A stretch of 64,000 bases of DNA. It comes from Dehalococcoidia bacterium. Lineage in GTDB: Bacteria > Chloroflexota > Dehalococcoidia > Lucifugimonadales > JAGWBF01. Positions 34,641 to 43,743 of this stretch are shown here, piece after piece; within the stretch, counting starts at the first letter, position 1; each line of letters starts with the position of its first letter. A model generated the notes under the pieces. The model was given only the letters and a program-made list of their open reading frames with translations, did no database searches and was not told the origin of the DNA. The stretch is taken from positions 583-64,582 of the forward strand of contig DAOUKR010000026.1 of NCBI GenBank assembly GCA_034421095.1, in the 5' to 3' direction. The translations under genes were made by a program, and so were the position numbers.

Positions 34641-35417
34641 ATGAGGGGTGTTCTCTTCCTTCTGCTGGTCGTGCTGATGGTGGCAACCTCCTGTGGCGGC
34701 GACGAGGAGGACGAGATACTGGTCTTCACAGCGGCTAGCCTCACTGAAGTGATGGAGCAGTTGGGCCTGCATTTCACCGAGAGCGAAGGAATCAGGGTGA
34801 GATTCAATCACGGAGGCTCTGCGGCCTTGGCACAGCAAATCATCCGCGGCGCACCCGCCGACGCCTTTGTCTTCGCCGGCCCCCAACCTATGGCCATGCT
34901 GGAGGAACGGGACCTCATTGTCCCCAATTCAGCCGTCAAGCTTCTGGTGAATGAGTTGGTACTGGTAGCCAGGTCTTCCACCACAGATGAAATTGGAGTC
35001 TCCTCCATAGAGAATCTGGCGGTTGGTGACTTCAGGGTGGCAATTGCGGATCCCGACCTTGCCCCTGCAGGCAGGTATGCCCGGGAAGCATTGCAGGACC
35101 TGGGGCTATGGCAGCAGCTTGAGCACAGGCTGGTCTTCGGCCTCGACGTGCGCGTCACCCTCGGCTACGTGGAGACCGGCAATGTGGATGCGGCCATTGT
35201 CTACCGGACGGATGCGCAAATAGTGGAAGGTCTGGAGGTACTTGCTTCCATTCCCGAAGGTAGCCACTCGCCCATCCTCTACCCGGCGGGGGTTGTGGTG
35301 CGCTCCTCCAATGCAGAGGAGGCAGGGGAATTCTTGCGATTTCTTCAGGGCGATAGGGCGAAGGAGACCTTCCAAGAGTACGGCTTCATCCCCCATAATG
35401 CGTTTGATGCACATTAG
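34641..35417 (+). CDS. modA: molybdate ABC transporter substrate-binding protein
   Basis: 258 aa. Signal plus Cys (VMVATSCGGD), FTAASL...FNHGGSAALAQQI..GAPADAFVFAG, and APAGRYAREAL. It starts 3 nt after the formamidase stop. Confidence 0.88.
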   Translation: MRGVLFLLLVVLMVATSCGGDEEDEILVFTAASLTEVMEQLGLHFTESEGIRVRFNHGGSAALAQQIIRGAPADAFVFAGPQPMAMLEERDLIVPNSAVKLLVNELVLVARSSTTDEIGVSSIENLAVGDFRVAIADPDLAPAGRYAREALQDLGLWQQLEHRLVFGLDVRVTLGYVETGNVDAAIVYRTDAQIVEGLEVLASIPEGSHSPILYPAGVVVRSSNAEEAGEFLRFLQGDRAKETFQEYGFIPHNAFDAH

Positions 35418-35496
35418 CCCTTTATCCATCGCCCTTAGATTGGCCCAGTTGACATTCTTGGTTCATGGGATTCCCCAACAGGGGCGATCGCCCACC

Positions 35497-35846
35497 CTGT
35501 CATTCCAAGTCCGCCTATGGTCCGCCGAAGGCGGAATGAATCTAAAGCCGTAGCTTTGTTGAAGCCCCAGAATTTTAGATTCCTCGTCGCTATGCTCCTC
35601 GGAATGACAATGTGCATCAAGCGTATAATGAGGACTAATCGCTACAGTATGAGGCAATAAATTGCCTGTGGCAGCCCTAAGAAAACTCTGAATAAGTGCA
35701 ACATTGCGCTGTTTAACCCGTCATTCCCGTGAAAACGGGAATCCAGAAACGCCAACCACGAGTAACGTTGCTGTCGGCGAAAGCCTCTGGATTCCGGCTC
35801 AAGGTTCGCCACGGCGAATCTACCGGAGGTACGACCGGAATGGCGG
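35497..35846. repeat. repeat cluster (at least 5 palindromic units) between modA and modB
   Basis: Contains gtcattccaagtccgcctatggtccgccgaaggcggaatgaatc, tttagattcctcgtcgctatgctcctcggaatgac and cgtcattcccgtgaaaacgggaatccag, plus an inverted copy of the 11020/17808 composite unit at 35788-35843. Confidence 0.8.
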
Positions 35847-35889
35847 TCTTCCGAAGGCTCCATAATATGCCGTGCAGGAGAGTAACCCG

Positions 35890-36561
35890 GTGCTATCTTC
35901 CAGCGAGTTTCAGGTTATAGCCCTATCTTTGCAGGTGGCCGCCCTGGGAACGCTGTTCGGCCTGCCCGTTGCCCTGGGGATAGGCTGGCTGCTGGCCAAA
36001 TCATCCATCCGGGGCAAGGCGGTGCTGGATACCCTGGTCTCCTTTCCCCTTGTGCTGCCCCCCGTGGTAACCGGCTTCTTTCTTCTGTGGCTCATGGGAC
36101 GGGAAGGCCCCATCGGAGGCATCCTCCACGACCTGTTTGGCATAGACGTGGTATTCACCTGGGTAGCGGCGGCATTGGCAGCCGGACTGGTGTCCCTGCC
36201 CCTTATGGTCAGGGCCATCGAGGTGGCTATGTCCGGCGTTGACCCGCGCCTGGAGACGGCGGCGCGGAGCCTTGGAGCAGGTCCTCTGAAGACCTTCTTC
36301 ACAGTTACCGTGCCCCTGGCCTATCGCGGTATCGTGGCGGCTGCCTTTCTGGGATTCGCCCGCGGCCTTGGGGAGTTTGGGGCCACCATGGTGGTGGCGG
36401 GCAATATACCGGGCGAGACACAGACCATACCCCTGCTTATCTTCAACCGAATACAGTTGGGCGACGACTCATCAGCTATAAGGCTGATAGTGGCGTCGCT
36501 GGTGCTGGCGCTGGTGTCCCTCAGCATACATCAGCGCCTGGCCCGGCGCATCGCCACCTAG
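35890..36561 (+). CDS. modB: molybdate ABC transporter permease
   Basis: Contains LSLQVAALGTLFGLPVALGIGWLLA... and the EAA-loop-like ETAARSLGAGPLKTFFTVTVPLA. I prefer GTG 35890 (AGGAGAG 6 nt upstream) to the track start at 35872. Confidence 0.9.
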   Translation: MLSSSEFQVIALSLQVAALGTLFGLPVALGIGWLLAKSSIRGKAVLDTLVSFPLVLPPVVTGFFLLWLMGREGPIGGILHDLFGIDVVFTWVAAALAAGLVSLPLMVRAIEVAMSGVDPRLETAARSLGAGPLKTFFTVTVPLAYRGIVAAAFLGFARGLGEFGATMVVAGNIPGETQTIPLLIFNRIQLGDDSSAIRLIVASLVLALVSLSIHQRLARRIAT

Positions 36562-36568
36562 AAAGACC

Positions 36569-37657
36569 ATGAACGACAGCTTCCTGGACATCAGGATACA
36601 CAAGACATACCCCGGCTTCATGCTGGAGGTGAATGCCGCATTCCCGGCGGGCGTTACGGCTATCTTCGGGCCATCGGGCAGCGGCAAGACAACCATACTG
36701 AACTCCATCGCCGGACTCGTCACCCCCGACGGGGGCGAAATTTATCTGCATAACAAGCCCCTGTACTCGTCCTCCGAGAAGGTCAACCTGCGCCCGGAAC
36801 AGAGGCACGTGGGCTACATGTTTCAGGAGAGCCTTCTTTTCCCCCACTACCGTGTCCGGGAGAACATCCTCTACGGCTTCAAGATGACCCCGCCTGAGAG
36901 AAGGAGAATCGCCCCTGACCATCTGATAGAGTTGCTGGGGCTGGGTCCTCTGCTGGAACGCCGTCCGGCCAACCTGTCCACCGGGGAGCGACAGCGGGTG
37001 GCGCTGGCGCGTGCTCTGGCCACCTCGCCGGAGTTGCTTCTGATGGACGAGCCTCTGAGCTCGCTGGACGTAGCCCTCCGGGGTCGCATCCTGCGATACT
37101 TGAAAGACATCCACCGTGAGCTTGCCATACCCATGATATACGTTTCCCACTCCATCTCCGAGGTCCTGGCCATAGCGGACAGTGCCCTGGTCATATCCCA
37201 AGGCAGGCAGCTTGCCTTTGACGAGCCGCGCAAGGTGCTGCTGGAACCCTACGTCCACTCCCTGGTGGAGACCGGAGGGCTGGAGAACCTGCTGGATGCT
37301 GAGATAGTGGAGCACAGTTCAGGAAACAGCCTCACTGGGGCAAAGATGGGGGATACTCTTCTCTGGATACCCGGCGTGCCATCGCGCATCGGGACCGGTG
37401 ACACTATATCCATAGCCATCAGGGCCGGTGACATCATCGTGGCCGTAGACCGGCCCGAGCGCATAAGCGCCCGGAATATATTGAAGGGCCGCGTCCGGGG
37501 GATTCACAGGGTGGAAAGCAACGTGCTGCTGTACGCAGATGTCGGTACGTCTTTGCTGGTGGAAATTACTCCCGAAGCCCTGGATGCGCTGGGGCTATGC
37601 GAGGGGCAGGAGGTATACCTGGTCATCAAGTCCAACTCTATCGTGGTGCTGGATTAA
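36569..37657 (+). CDS. modC: molybdenum ABC transporter ATP-binding protein with a C-terminal TOBE/Mop domain
   Basis: 362 aa. Walker A GPSGSGKTT, signature LSTGERQRVALARAL, Walker B LLLMDEP, and a C-terminal TOBE-like region (...ISIAIRAGDIIVAV...VYLVIKSNSIVVLD). Confidence 0.9.
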   Translation: MNDSFLDIRIHKTYPGFMLEVNAAFPAGVTAIFGPSGSGKTTILNSIAGLVTPDGGEIYLHNKPLYSSSEKVNLRPEQRHVGYMFQESLLFPHYRVRENILYGFKMTPPERRRIAPDHLIELLGLGPLLERRPANLSTGERQRVALARALATSPELLLMDEPLSSLDVALRGRILRYLKDIHRELAIPMIYVSHSISEVLAIADSALVISQGRQLAFDEPRKVLLEPYVHSLVETGGLENLLDAEIVEHSSGNSLTGAKMGDTLLWIPGVPSRIGTGDTISIAIRAGDIIVAVDRPERISARNILKGRVRGIHRVESNVLLYADVGTSLLVEITPEALDALGLCEGQEVYLVIKSNSIVVLD

Positions 37658-37768
37658 TTCGATATTCGGCCCAAGCCGGAGGCTTGTCAATGGCATCACG
37701 GCAAGGCAGGACCTTCTTCCCGCCGCCCCGGCTGGCGTCGGATTAAAAATGCGATTGCGCTATGGTAG

Positions 37769-38581
37769 CTAGAGGCGTCCTGACAAAAAGTCCAGGGCCA
37801 ACCTGACAAACTCGTCGGGAACATGGTGGTGAGCGGCCCCTGGAGCACCAGGAAACACCTTCAGGATGGACCCCTCAATCTCCGCATGAGCGAGTTCTCC
37901 CCAAAATCTTGGCATGTCGCGCTCACCGTAGACCAGCAGAGTTGGAGCTTTGACCCTGGGTCCGGCTTCGTCCACGTCGTAGCTGGTGTTAGCCTCCTGG
38001 CTAAAGCGTATCCACAAGCGACTTCTTCCCTTAATCTCCTCTCTCTTCTCCCAAAGCTCTCGGTCAAGGTTGCTGGGATGCTGGGCTACTGCCTCCTCCC
38101 AAGTCAGCGTGGGTGCAACCGGAACGTCATACGATGTCGTGTCCGTATGCTGTGGGGCGAAGGCCTCCTGGAAATAGGCCCTGCCCCTCTCTTTGTTCCA
38201 GTAAGGCAATCCATCCAGCACCATCCTGCTCACCCTCTGAGGGTAGGTCGCCGCCAGGTCCAATGCCACCATAGACCCGGTGTGGTCTGCAACTATGTGG
38301 GTACGCTCCAGGCCTGTAGCGTCTAGGACGTCCACAATGGCCTTGGTGTAGTCCTCGATGGTGTATTTTACGGGAGGTATGTCCGAGTGGTCGAACCCGG
38401 GCATGTCAATGTTGTGGCAGGTGAAATGCCGGGCGAACTCGGGTATCGTCTTCCGCCAGGACCAGCCGCTTAGCCCTACGGCATGGAGAAAGATGATAGG
38501 CTCCCCCCGTCCTACCCGGTGATAGTAGACCCTCCCATCATCTCGAGAGACGTAATGCTCAGTTCCCCTTTCTGAGGCCAT
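37769..38581 (-). CDS. alpha/beta-fold hydrolase
   Basis: The start was set to ATG 38581 (AAGGAGGG 6 nt upstream). Contains GRGEPIIFLHAVGLSGWSW and a C-terminal ...GAPGAAHHHVPDEF; ~270 aa. Confidence 0.82.
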   Translation of the reverse strand: MASERGTEHYVSRDDGRVYYHRVGRGEPIIFLHAVGLSGWSWRKTIPEFARHFTCHNIDMPGFDHSDIPPVKYTIEDYTKAIVDVLDATGLERTHIVADHTGSMVALDLAATYPQRVSRMVLDGLPYWNKERGRAYFQEAFAPQHTDTTSYDVPVAPTLTWEEAVAQHPSNLDRELWEKREEIKGRSRLWIRFSQEANTSYDVDEAGPRVKAPTLLVYGERDMPRFWGELAHAEIEGSILKVFPGAPGAAHHHVPDEFVRLALDFLSGRL

Positions 38582-38654
38582 GTGTCTGCCCTCCTTGTCA
38601 ACAAGCCTGAAATCAGTGGACATTGTCCACTCGTCGTTTGACAGGTTCTCCGGT

Positions 38655-39578
38655 CTACTGATGCACGGCGCCGTCCTTGTGAGCCACCAGTATGGAGTAG
38701 AGGACCCTGTTCACCGGCGTGGGCACGCCCGCCTCCCTCCCCATCCTAACCACGGCCCCGTTCAGGGCCTCCAGTTCCAGCGGCCTCCCCAACTCCAGGT
38801 CGGTATGCATGGAGGCGTGGAGGTCTTTGGCGGTGGTCTCCACGTACTCCATAGTCCGTTCCACCACATTCCGGTCCAGGTTGACCCCTCTGGCCCGTCC
38901 CACGGCTTCCACCTCTCTCATAACGGCGAGGATGGTCTCCCGTGCCTCGGTGTGCTGCAAAAGCTGGCTCATGGGCGCACGGGCCGTGCTGGTCACGCCC
39001 GCCAGGGTGCATATGAAGAGAAACTTGGTCCACAGTTCCTTTATCACGTCGCTGGAAAGGTCGGTGGGTATCCCCGCTGTCCGGAAGGTCTCCAGTATGC
39101 GCTGTGCTCTGGGAGTGCGCTGCCCGCTGGTCTCACCAAAGACGATGCGTGCCACGTCTCCCCTCTGACTTATGACGCCCGGAGATTCTATATGGGTCTC
39201 GATATAGGCGGAACCCGGCAGCATCCGCTCATGCCCCATGGCTTGGGCAAGCTCCTCGTGACCCTCCACCCCGTTCTGCAGGGTGAGTAGCGAGGTGCTC
39301 TCGCCCACCAGGGGCGTCAGGATGGGAATTGTTGCGGCGTTCTGGTAAGTCTTGACGCTGAGGAGCACCAGCTCTACAGGGCCTACCTGTTGGGGGTCGT
39401 CCGTGGCCTCCACGCTGATATTGAAGTCCCCCCGTTGGCTCTTCACTCTCAGGCCCCGGGTGCGGATGGCCTCCAGGTGAACGCCCCTTGCTATGAGGGC
39501 CACATCGTTGCCGGCCCTGGCCAGGAGTCCCCCGAAGTATCCTCCAACTCCCCCTGCGCCCATTACCGCTATACGCAT
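38655..39578 (-). CDS. panE: 2-dehydropantoate 2-reductase (ketopantoate reductase family)
   Basis: 307 aa. Contains MRIAVMGAGGVGGYFGGLLARAGNDV and the ApbA C-terminal-domain-like ...MHTDLELGRPLELEALNGAVV. Confidence 0.85.
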   Translation of the reverse strand: MRIAVMGAGGVGGYFGGLLARAGNDVALIARGVHLEAIRTRGLRVKSQRGDFNISVEATDDPQQVGPVELVLLSVKTYQNAATIPILTPLVGESTSLLTLQNGVEGHEELAQAMGHERMLPGSAYIETHIESPGVISQRGDVARIVFGETSGQRTPRAQRILETFRTAGIPTDLSSDVIKELWTKFLFICTLAGVTSTARAPMSQLLQHTEARETILAVMREVEAVGRARGVNLDRNVVERTMEYVETTAKDLHASMHTDLELGRPLELEALNGAVVRMGREAGVPTPVNRVLYSILVAHKDGAVHQ

Positions 39579-39733
39579 GGCGACCTCCCCGGTGATTACT
39601 ATTAAGAACGTGCCTCAAAGATACCCTACGGCCTGCCCCAGTTCAAGGCGGGCCTTGAAGTCCTCGGCTGCACCATGTAAGCTCTAACAGTCCGGGAAAA
39701 GACCTTTGTGATGAAGCGAAAGGAGCCAGCGAC

Positions 39734-41425
39734 ATGACAGTGCTCACCGGGTCCCACCTGATGGTGAGGGCGCTCAAGCTGGAGGGTATCAGTAAAATCT
39801 TCACCATCGTGGGAGACACTATTCTCCCCCTGGTTGACGCCGTGGAGGACGAGGGGCTGGAGTTTATTGACACCCGCCACGAGGCTGCCGCGATGCACAT
39901 GGCCGACGCCTGGGCCAGGGTCACGGGAGAGCCTGCGGTGGTGATGGTCACCGGAGGGCCGGGGTTCTCCAACGCCATCTCCGCACTGCCCAACATCTAC
40001 ACGTCCGAGAGCCCGGTCATACTCATAAGCGGCTCCAGCGAGCTTTCCGAGAAGGGGATGTACGCCTTCCAGGAGATAGACCAGGTGGGTATGGCGGCCC
40101 CGGTAACGAAGGGAGCCTGGCTGGTGCACGACCGGCGTCGCATACCCGAGTACGTCGCTACCGCCTTCCGCACGGCCCTCACAGGCAGGCCGGGTCCGGT
40201 CCACCTCACCATACCGGTCGACATTCAGGAGCAGGATGTCTCCGAGGACGAGTTGCCCCAATATCAGCCTGGAGAATACAGAAACGCAGGCCGCTCCCAC
40301 GGAGACCCCGGGCTGATTGGGGAGGCCGTGGCCCTGCTGCGCCAGGCGGAGAGGCCGGTGGTCATCGCCGCCAACTCGGCCCGCTACTCCCTGCCTCCCG
40401 GCACGCTCCAGGAGCTTGTTGAGACCACGGGTGTCCCCGTCTTTACCGTGGAACAGGCCAGGGGTATGGTCTCCGACGACCATCCCCTGTGCTTCGGCTA
40501 CGCAGACGGCTCATTGAACTCCACTGCCAGGCGATTCAGGGAGGCGGACGTGGTGCTGCTTCTGGGAAAGCGCTTCGACCACCGCTACAGGTATGGGCAG
40601 CCGCCCTTCTTTGGCGCCGACGCCCGTCTTATCCAGGTGGACCCGTCCCCGGCTGACATCGGGCGAAACAGGGGCGTTTCTGTGGGGATTCTGGGCGATA
40701 TAGGAGCGGTGGTTGAGCAACTCACCCATGAAGCAAAGGGACAAAGCTGGCCCTCCGCCCGGCTGGACCCCTGGCTAGACCGTCTGAGAGAGGACCGCGA
40801 GTCCTGGCTCGGCCATCTGGAGTCCCTCGTCTCCGACGACCTCCCCATGCACCCCATGAGGGTCTTCAAGGGGCTGGAGAGGTTCACGGATGACGATACA
40901 ATTCTGATATTCGACGGCGGGGACTATGCCCAATGGGGCCGGTCCTACCTCAAGGCCAGGAAAGTGGGACAGTGGATGCGCCTTGGCCCTCTGAGCCAGC
41001 TGGGATGCGGGCTGCCCTACGCCCTGGGGGCCAAGCTGGCCCGCCCTGATGCCAGGGTGCTGCTGTTCATCGGCGACGGCTCCTTCGGCTTCTACACCAT
41101 GGAGTACGATACCGCCATAAGACACAACCTGCCTTTTACGGCCGTAATGGGCAACGACTCCGTCTGGGGGATAGACAGGAATTTCCAGTTGGCCTACTAC
41201 GGCAGAGCGGTGGGGACCGACCTGCGGTTCGTGCGCTACGACCAGGTTGTGGAGGCCCTGGGTGGCTATGGAGAGTACGTTGAGCGCAGCGAGGACGTGG
41301 CGCCCGCCGTGGAGCGCGCCATATCATCCAACAGGCCGTCCCTTGTCAACATAGGGATAAAGTCCGTGCGCAGTCCCCTGGCCGACGCAATGGTCGCAAG
41401 AAAGACGGAATCCCGGCGAAGGTGA
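39734..41425 (+). CDS. thiamine-pyrophosphate-binding enzyme (acetolactate synthase large subunit / oxalyl-CoA decarboxylase-like)
   Basis: 563 aa. Contains LTGSHLMVRALKLEGISKIFTIVGDTILPL, GGPGFSNA, and the TPP motif IGDGSFGFYTMEYDTAIRHNLPFTAVMGNDSVWG. Confidence 0.9.
   Translation: MTVLTGSHLMVRALKLEGISKIFTIVGDTILPLVDAVEDEGLEFIDTRHEAAAMHMADAWARVTGEPAVVMVTGGPGFSNAISALPNIYTSESPVILISGSSELSEKGMYAFQEIDQVGMAAPVTKGAWLVHDRRRIPEYVATAFRTALTGRPGPVHLTIPVDIQEQDVSEDELPQYQPGEYRNAGRSHGDPGLIGEAVALLRQAERPVVIAANSARYSLPPGTLQELVETTGVPVFTVEQARGMVSDDHPLCFGYADGSLNSTARRFREADVVLLLGKRFDHRYRYGQPPFFGADARLIQVDPSPADIGRNRGVSVGILGDIGAVVEQLTHEAKGQSWPSARLDPWLDRLREDRESWLGHLESLVSDDLPMHPMRVFKGLERFTDDDTILIFDGGDYAQWGRSYLKARKVGQWMRLGPLSQLGCGLPYALGAKLARPDARVLLFIGDGSFGFYTMEYDTAIRHNLPFTAVMGNDSVWGIDRNFQLAYYGRAVGTDLRFVRYDQVVEALGGYGEYVERSEDVAPAVERAISSNRPSLVNIGIKSVRSPLADAMVARKTESRRR
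41368..41425. repeat. left copy of a 58-bp direct repeat (the 3' end of the TPP-enzyme gene)
   Basis: gcgcagtcccctggccgacgcaatggtcgcaagaaagacggaatcccggcgaaggtga matches 45199-45256 at 55/58 positions. Confidence 0.85.
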
Positions 41426-41509
41426 ACCTAGAGGGAGGTAGGCCCACCCGACCGCCGGGCAAAGAGTATCTCCTGGTGAATGGGACGGATGCTTTACCGC
41501 TAAGACGGC

Positions 41510-41836
41510 CTATAGAGGCGCCTTTTCCTCCATGGGACGAGACGCAAGCCGCACCTCATAGCTGCCAAACTCGGGATGTCCCACCAGAAAATCAGGGCGC
41601 GACCCCGAGTGGGCCTCTCTAAACCCCTCACTACGAGTCCACTGATGATGAGCCTCTTTCGACTCCCAGTGGGTCACCACCAGGTACTCCTCGTGGTCGG
41701 CTTGAACGTCCATTTTCCACATCTCGAATCCCAGAAATCCGGGCTGGTTCTCTAAGCTGCCTCGCCGTGCGAAACGTTCTTCCAAGTCCTGACCATGCCC
41801 TTTCGTGGTTCTGAGCCTGTTGGTAGCCACAAACAT
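41510..41836 (-). CDS. antibiotic-biosynthesis-monooxygenase (ABM) domain protein, IsdG/HmoB-like
   Basis: 108 aa. MFVATNRLRTTKGHGQDLEERFARRGSLENQPGFLGFEMWK...YLVVTHWESKEAHHQWTRSEGFREAH shows the N-x-L...W...H pattern of haem-degrading ABM proteins. AGGAGG lies upstream. Confidence 0.75.
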   Translation of the reverse strand: MFVATNRLRTTKGHGQDLEERFARRGSLENQPGFLGFEMWKMDVQADHEEYLVVTHWESKEAHHQWTRSEGFREAHSGSRPDFLVGHPEFGSYEVRLASRPMEEKAPL

Positions 41837-41864
41837 GATTCATACCTCCTAAGCTAAGTTATCG

Positions 41865-42662
41865 CTAAAGGTGGTTGCCAACGCCGGTCGCCTGGTATGG
41901 GTAACATACAGGTCTCCCGGTGTGAGGGTTCTCGCTGACATAAGCGTCCACGTTAAAAACGTCCCGCAGCACATCCGGTCGAATCACCTCTGAGATAGGT
42001 CCATCGTGGGCGATACGTCCGTTGCTGACGGCTATAAGCCTCTCACAATACCTGCCGGCTAGGTTAAGGTCATGTAGGACCATCAAGACTGTGATTCCCC
42101 GTTCGACGTTGAGGTGAGAAATGAGTTCCATAACTTCCAGCTGATGACATATGTCCAGGAAAGTTACCGGCTCATCCAGAAGCATCAGCTTTGGCTCTTG
42201 TGCCAACGCCATTGCCAACCATGCTCGTTGGCGCTCACCCCCCGAAAGGGACGATACCTGACGTTGGGCCAACTCCTCCAAATGACACTCTTCTAAAGCC
42301 CTATCTATCACTTCATGGTCGGCTGGTCCCAGCCGTTTCAGCCAGGGAACATGGGGATACCTGCCATAACCCACAAGTTCGCGCACAGACAGCTCTGCCG
42401 GGGAGATGGGGGCTTGTGGAAGCACCGCCATGCGCCGGGCCACCTCTCCGGTGGACAAATCTCGGAGCACCTTTCCGTCGAGGTACACTGTGCCCTCTCG
42501 TGGTTTTAGCGTACGGCTCAGTACCTTCAACAACGTGGACTTGCCGGACCCGTTGGGACCTATGATTCCCACCATCTCCCTCTCTCCAATTTCGATGTCA
42601 ACTCCGGTAAGCACAGCCCATTTGTCGTAGCCTGCAACCAGTTTTTCCCCATGTACTTTCAC
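41865..42662 (-). CDS. ABC transporter ATP-binding protein (FepC/HmuV/BtuD family)
   Basis: 265 aa. Contains GPNGSGKSTLLKVL, LSGGERQRAWLAMALAQEPKLMLLDEP and VLHDLNLA. GTG start after GAGGGAGAC. Confidence 0.92.
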   Translation of the reverse strand: MKVHGEKLVAGYDKWAVLTGVDIEIGEREMVGIIGPNGSGKSTLLKVLSRTLKPREGTVYLDGKVLRDLSTGEVARRMAVLPQAPISPAELSVRELVGYGRYPHVPWLKRLGPADHEVIDRALEECHLEELAQRQVSSLSGGERQRAWLAMALAQEPKLMLLDEPVTFLDICHQLEVMELISHLNVERGITVLMVLHDLNLAGRYCERLIAVSNGRIAHDGPISEVIRPDVLRDVFNVDAYVSENPHTGRPVCYPYQATGVGNHL

Positions 42663-42675
42663 TCAAGTCTCCCTC

Positions 42676-43737
42676 TCATAAAGCTCTGCCACCGATGAAC
42701 CTGGTCCGGTAAAGCAGAAAGACGAAGAATGGCCCACCAAGGAGAGCAGTGATGATGCCTACAGGTATTTCGGTTGGGGCCATGACCATCCGAGCCCCCA
42801 GGTCGGCCCAAATCATCAGCGCTGCCCCGCCGGCGGCTGACGCGGGAATAAGATAGCTATGGTTGTATCCCCCCAAAAGACGCATGATGTGGGGGACCAT
42901 CAGCCCTATGAACCCCACCAGGCCTGCCACACTCACCGCCGAAGCCGCCAGTAACGCTGCCAAGGCCATCGCAAGGAACCTGGACCGCTCTATCCGGACG
43001 CCCAGACCCTGGGCAGCTTGGTCGCCTAGCTGGAGCACGTTAAGCTGTCGTACCAGAAGGAACGCTATAACGAGACCTACTACACTGTAGGGCCAAATTA
43101 GGTCCAGGTGGTCCCAACTGCGGCCCACCAGATTGCCCGCCAACCAAAGGATGACCGGCTGTACCCGGTCGCTGAAAACGACCATTAGAGAGGTGGTGAA
43201 AGCTCCAATCATTGAGGTTATCGCCACTCCGGCCAACACCATTCGCACCGGTGACGTACCCAGTCCAGGCTGCCATGAGAGCATGTACACCAGGGCGGAA
43301 GCCCCCATGGCCCCACCAAAGGCTGCCAACGGTAAGAAAGTCGGCATACCTGAGAACATGACCATGACCGCCGTGGCAGCTAGTCCCGCCCCGGCAGTCA
43401 CTCCGACTATGGTGGGGGCCGCCAAGGGATTCCGCATGATGCCTTGAAGCAGAACCCCCGATACCGCCAGATTCATGCCCACAAGACCGGCTACCAGGAC
43501 TCGCGGAACCCTGAGGTTCCACACAATCTGGTGAGACACCCTGTCTGAGGTATCGAAAAGCCCGGTGAACACCTGTGTGGGGCTCAGGGACACTGCTCCA
43601 ATGGCCACAGAGGTCAGAAGTCCCCCAACGACCACGGCTACGGCTACAGTTATGACACTAACCTGCCTGAGCCCTAGCCCCGAGACTCCAGGGAGTCTGA
43701 TGCTGGACCGTTCCGCCACTTCCACTGTTCTGTCCAT
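42676..43737 (-). CDS. FecCD-family ABC transporter permease (HmuU/BtuC-like)
   Basis: 353 aa and polytopic. Contains IVWNLRVPRVLVAGLVGMNLAVSGVLLQGIMRNPLAAPTIVGV and GPFFVFLLYR. Confidence 0.92.
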   Translation of the reverse strand: MDRTVEVAERSSIRLPGVSGLGLRQVSVITVAVAVVVGGLLTSVAIGAVSLSPTQVFTGLFDTSDRVSHQIVWNLRVPRVLVAGLVGMNLAVSGVLLQGIMRNPLAAPTIVGVTAGAGLAATAVMVMFSGMPTFLPLAAFGGAMGASALVYMLSWQPGLGTSPVRMVLAGVAITSMIGAFTTSLMVVFSDRVQPVILWLAGNLVGRSWDHLDLIWPYSVVGLVIAFLLVRQLNVLQLGDQAAQGLGVRIERSRFLAMALAALLAASAVSVAGLVGFIGLMVPHIMRLLGGYNHSYLIPASAAGGAALMIWADLGARMVMAPTEIPVGIITALLGGPFFVFLLYRTRFIGGRAL

Positions 43738-43743
43738 TTCTAC

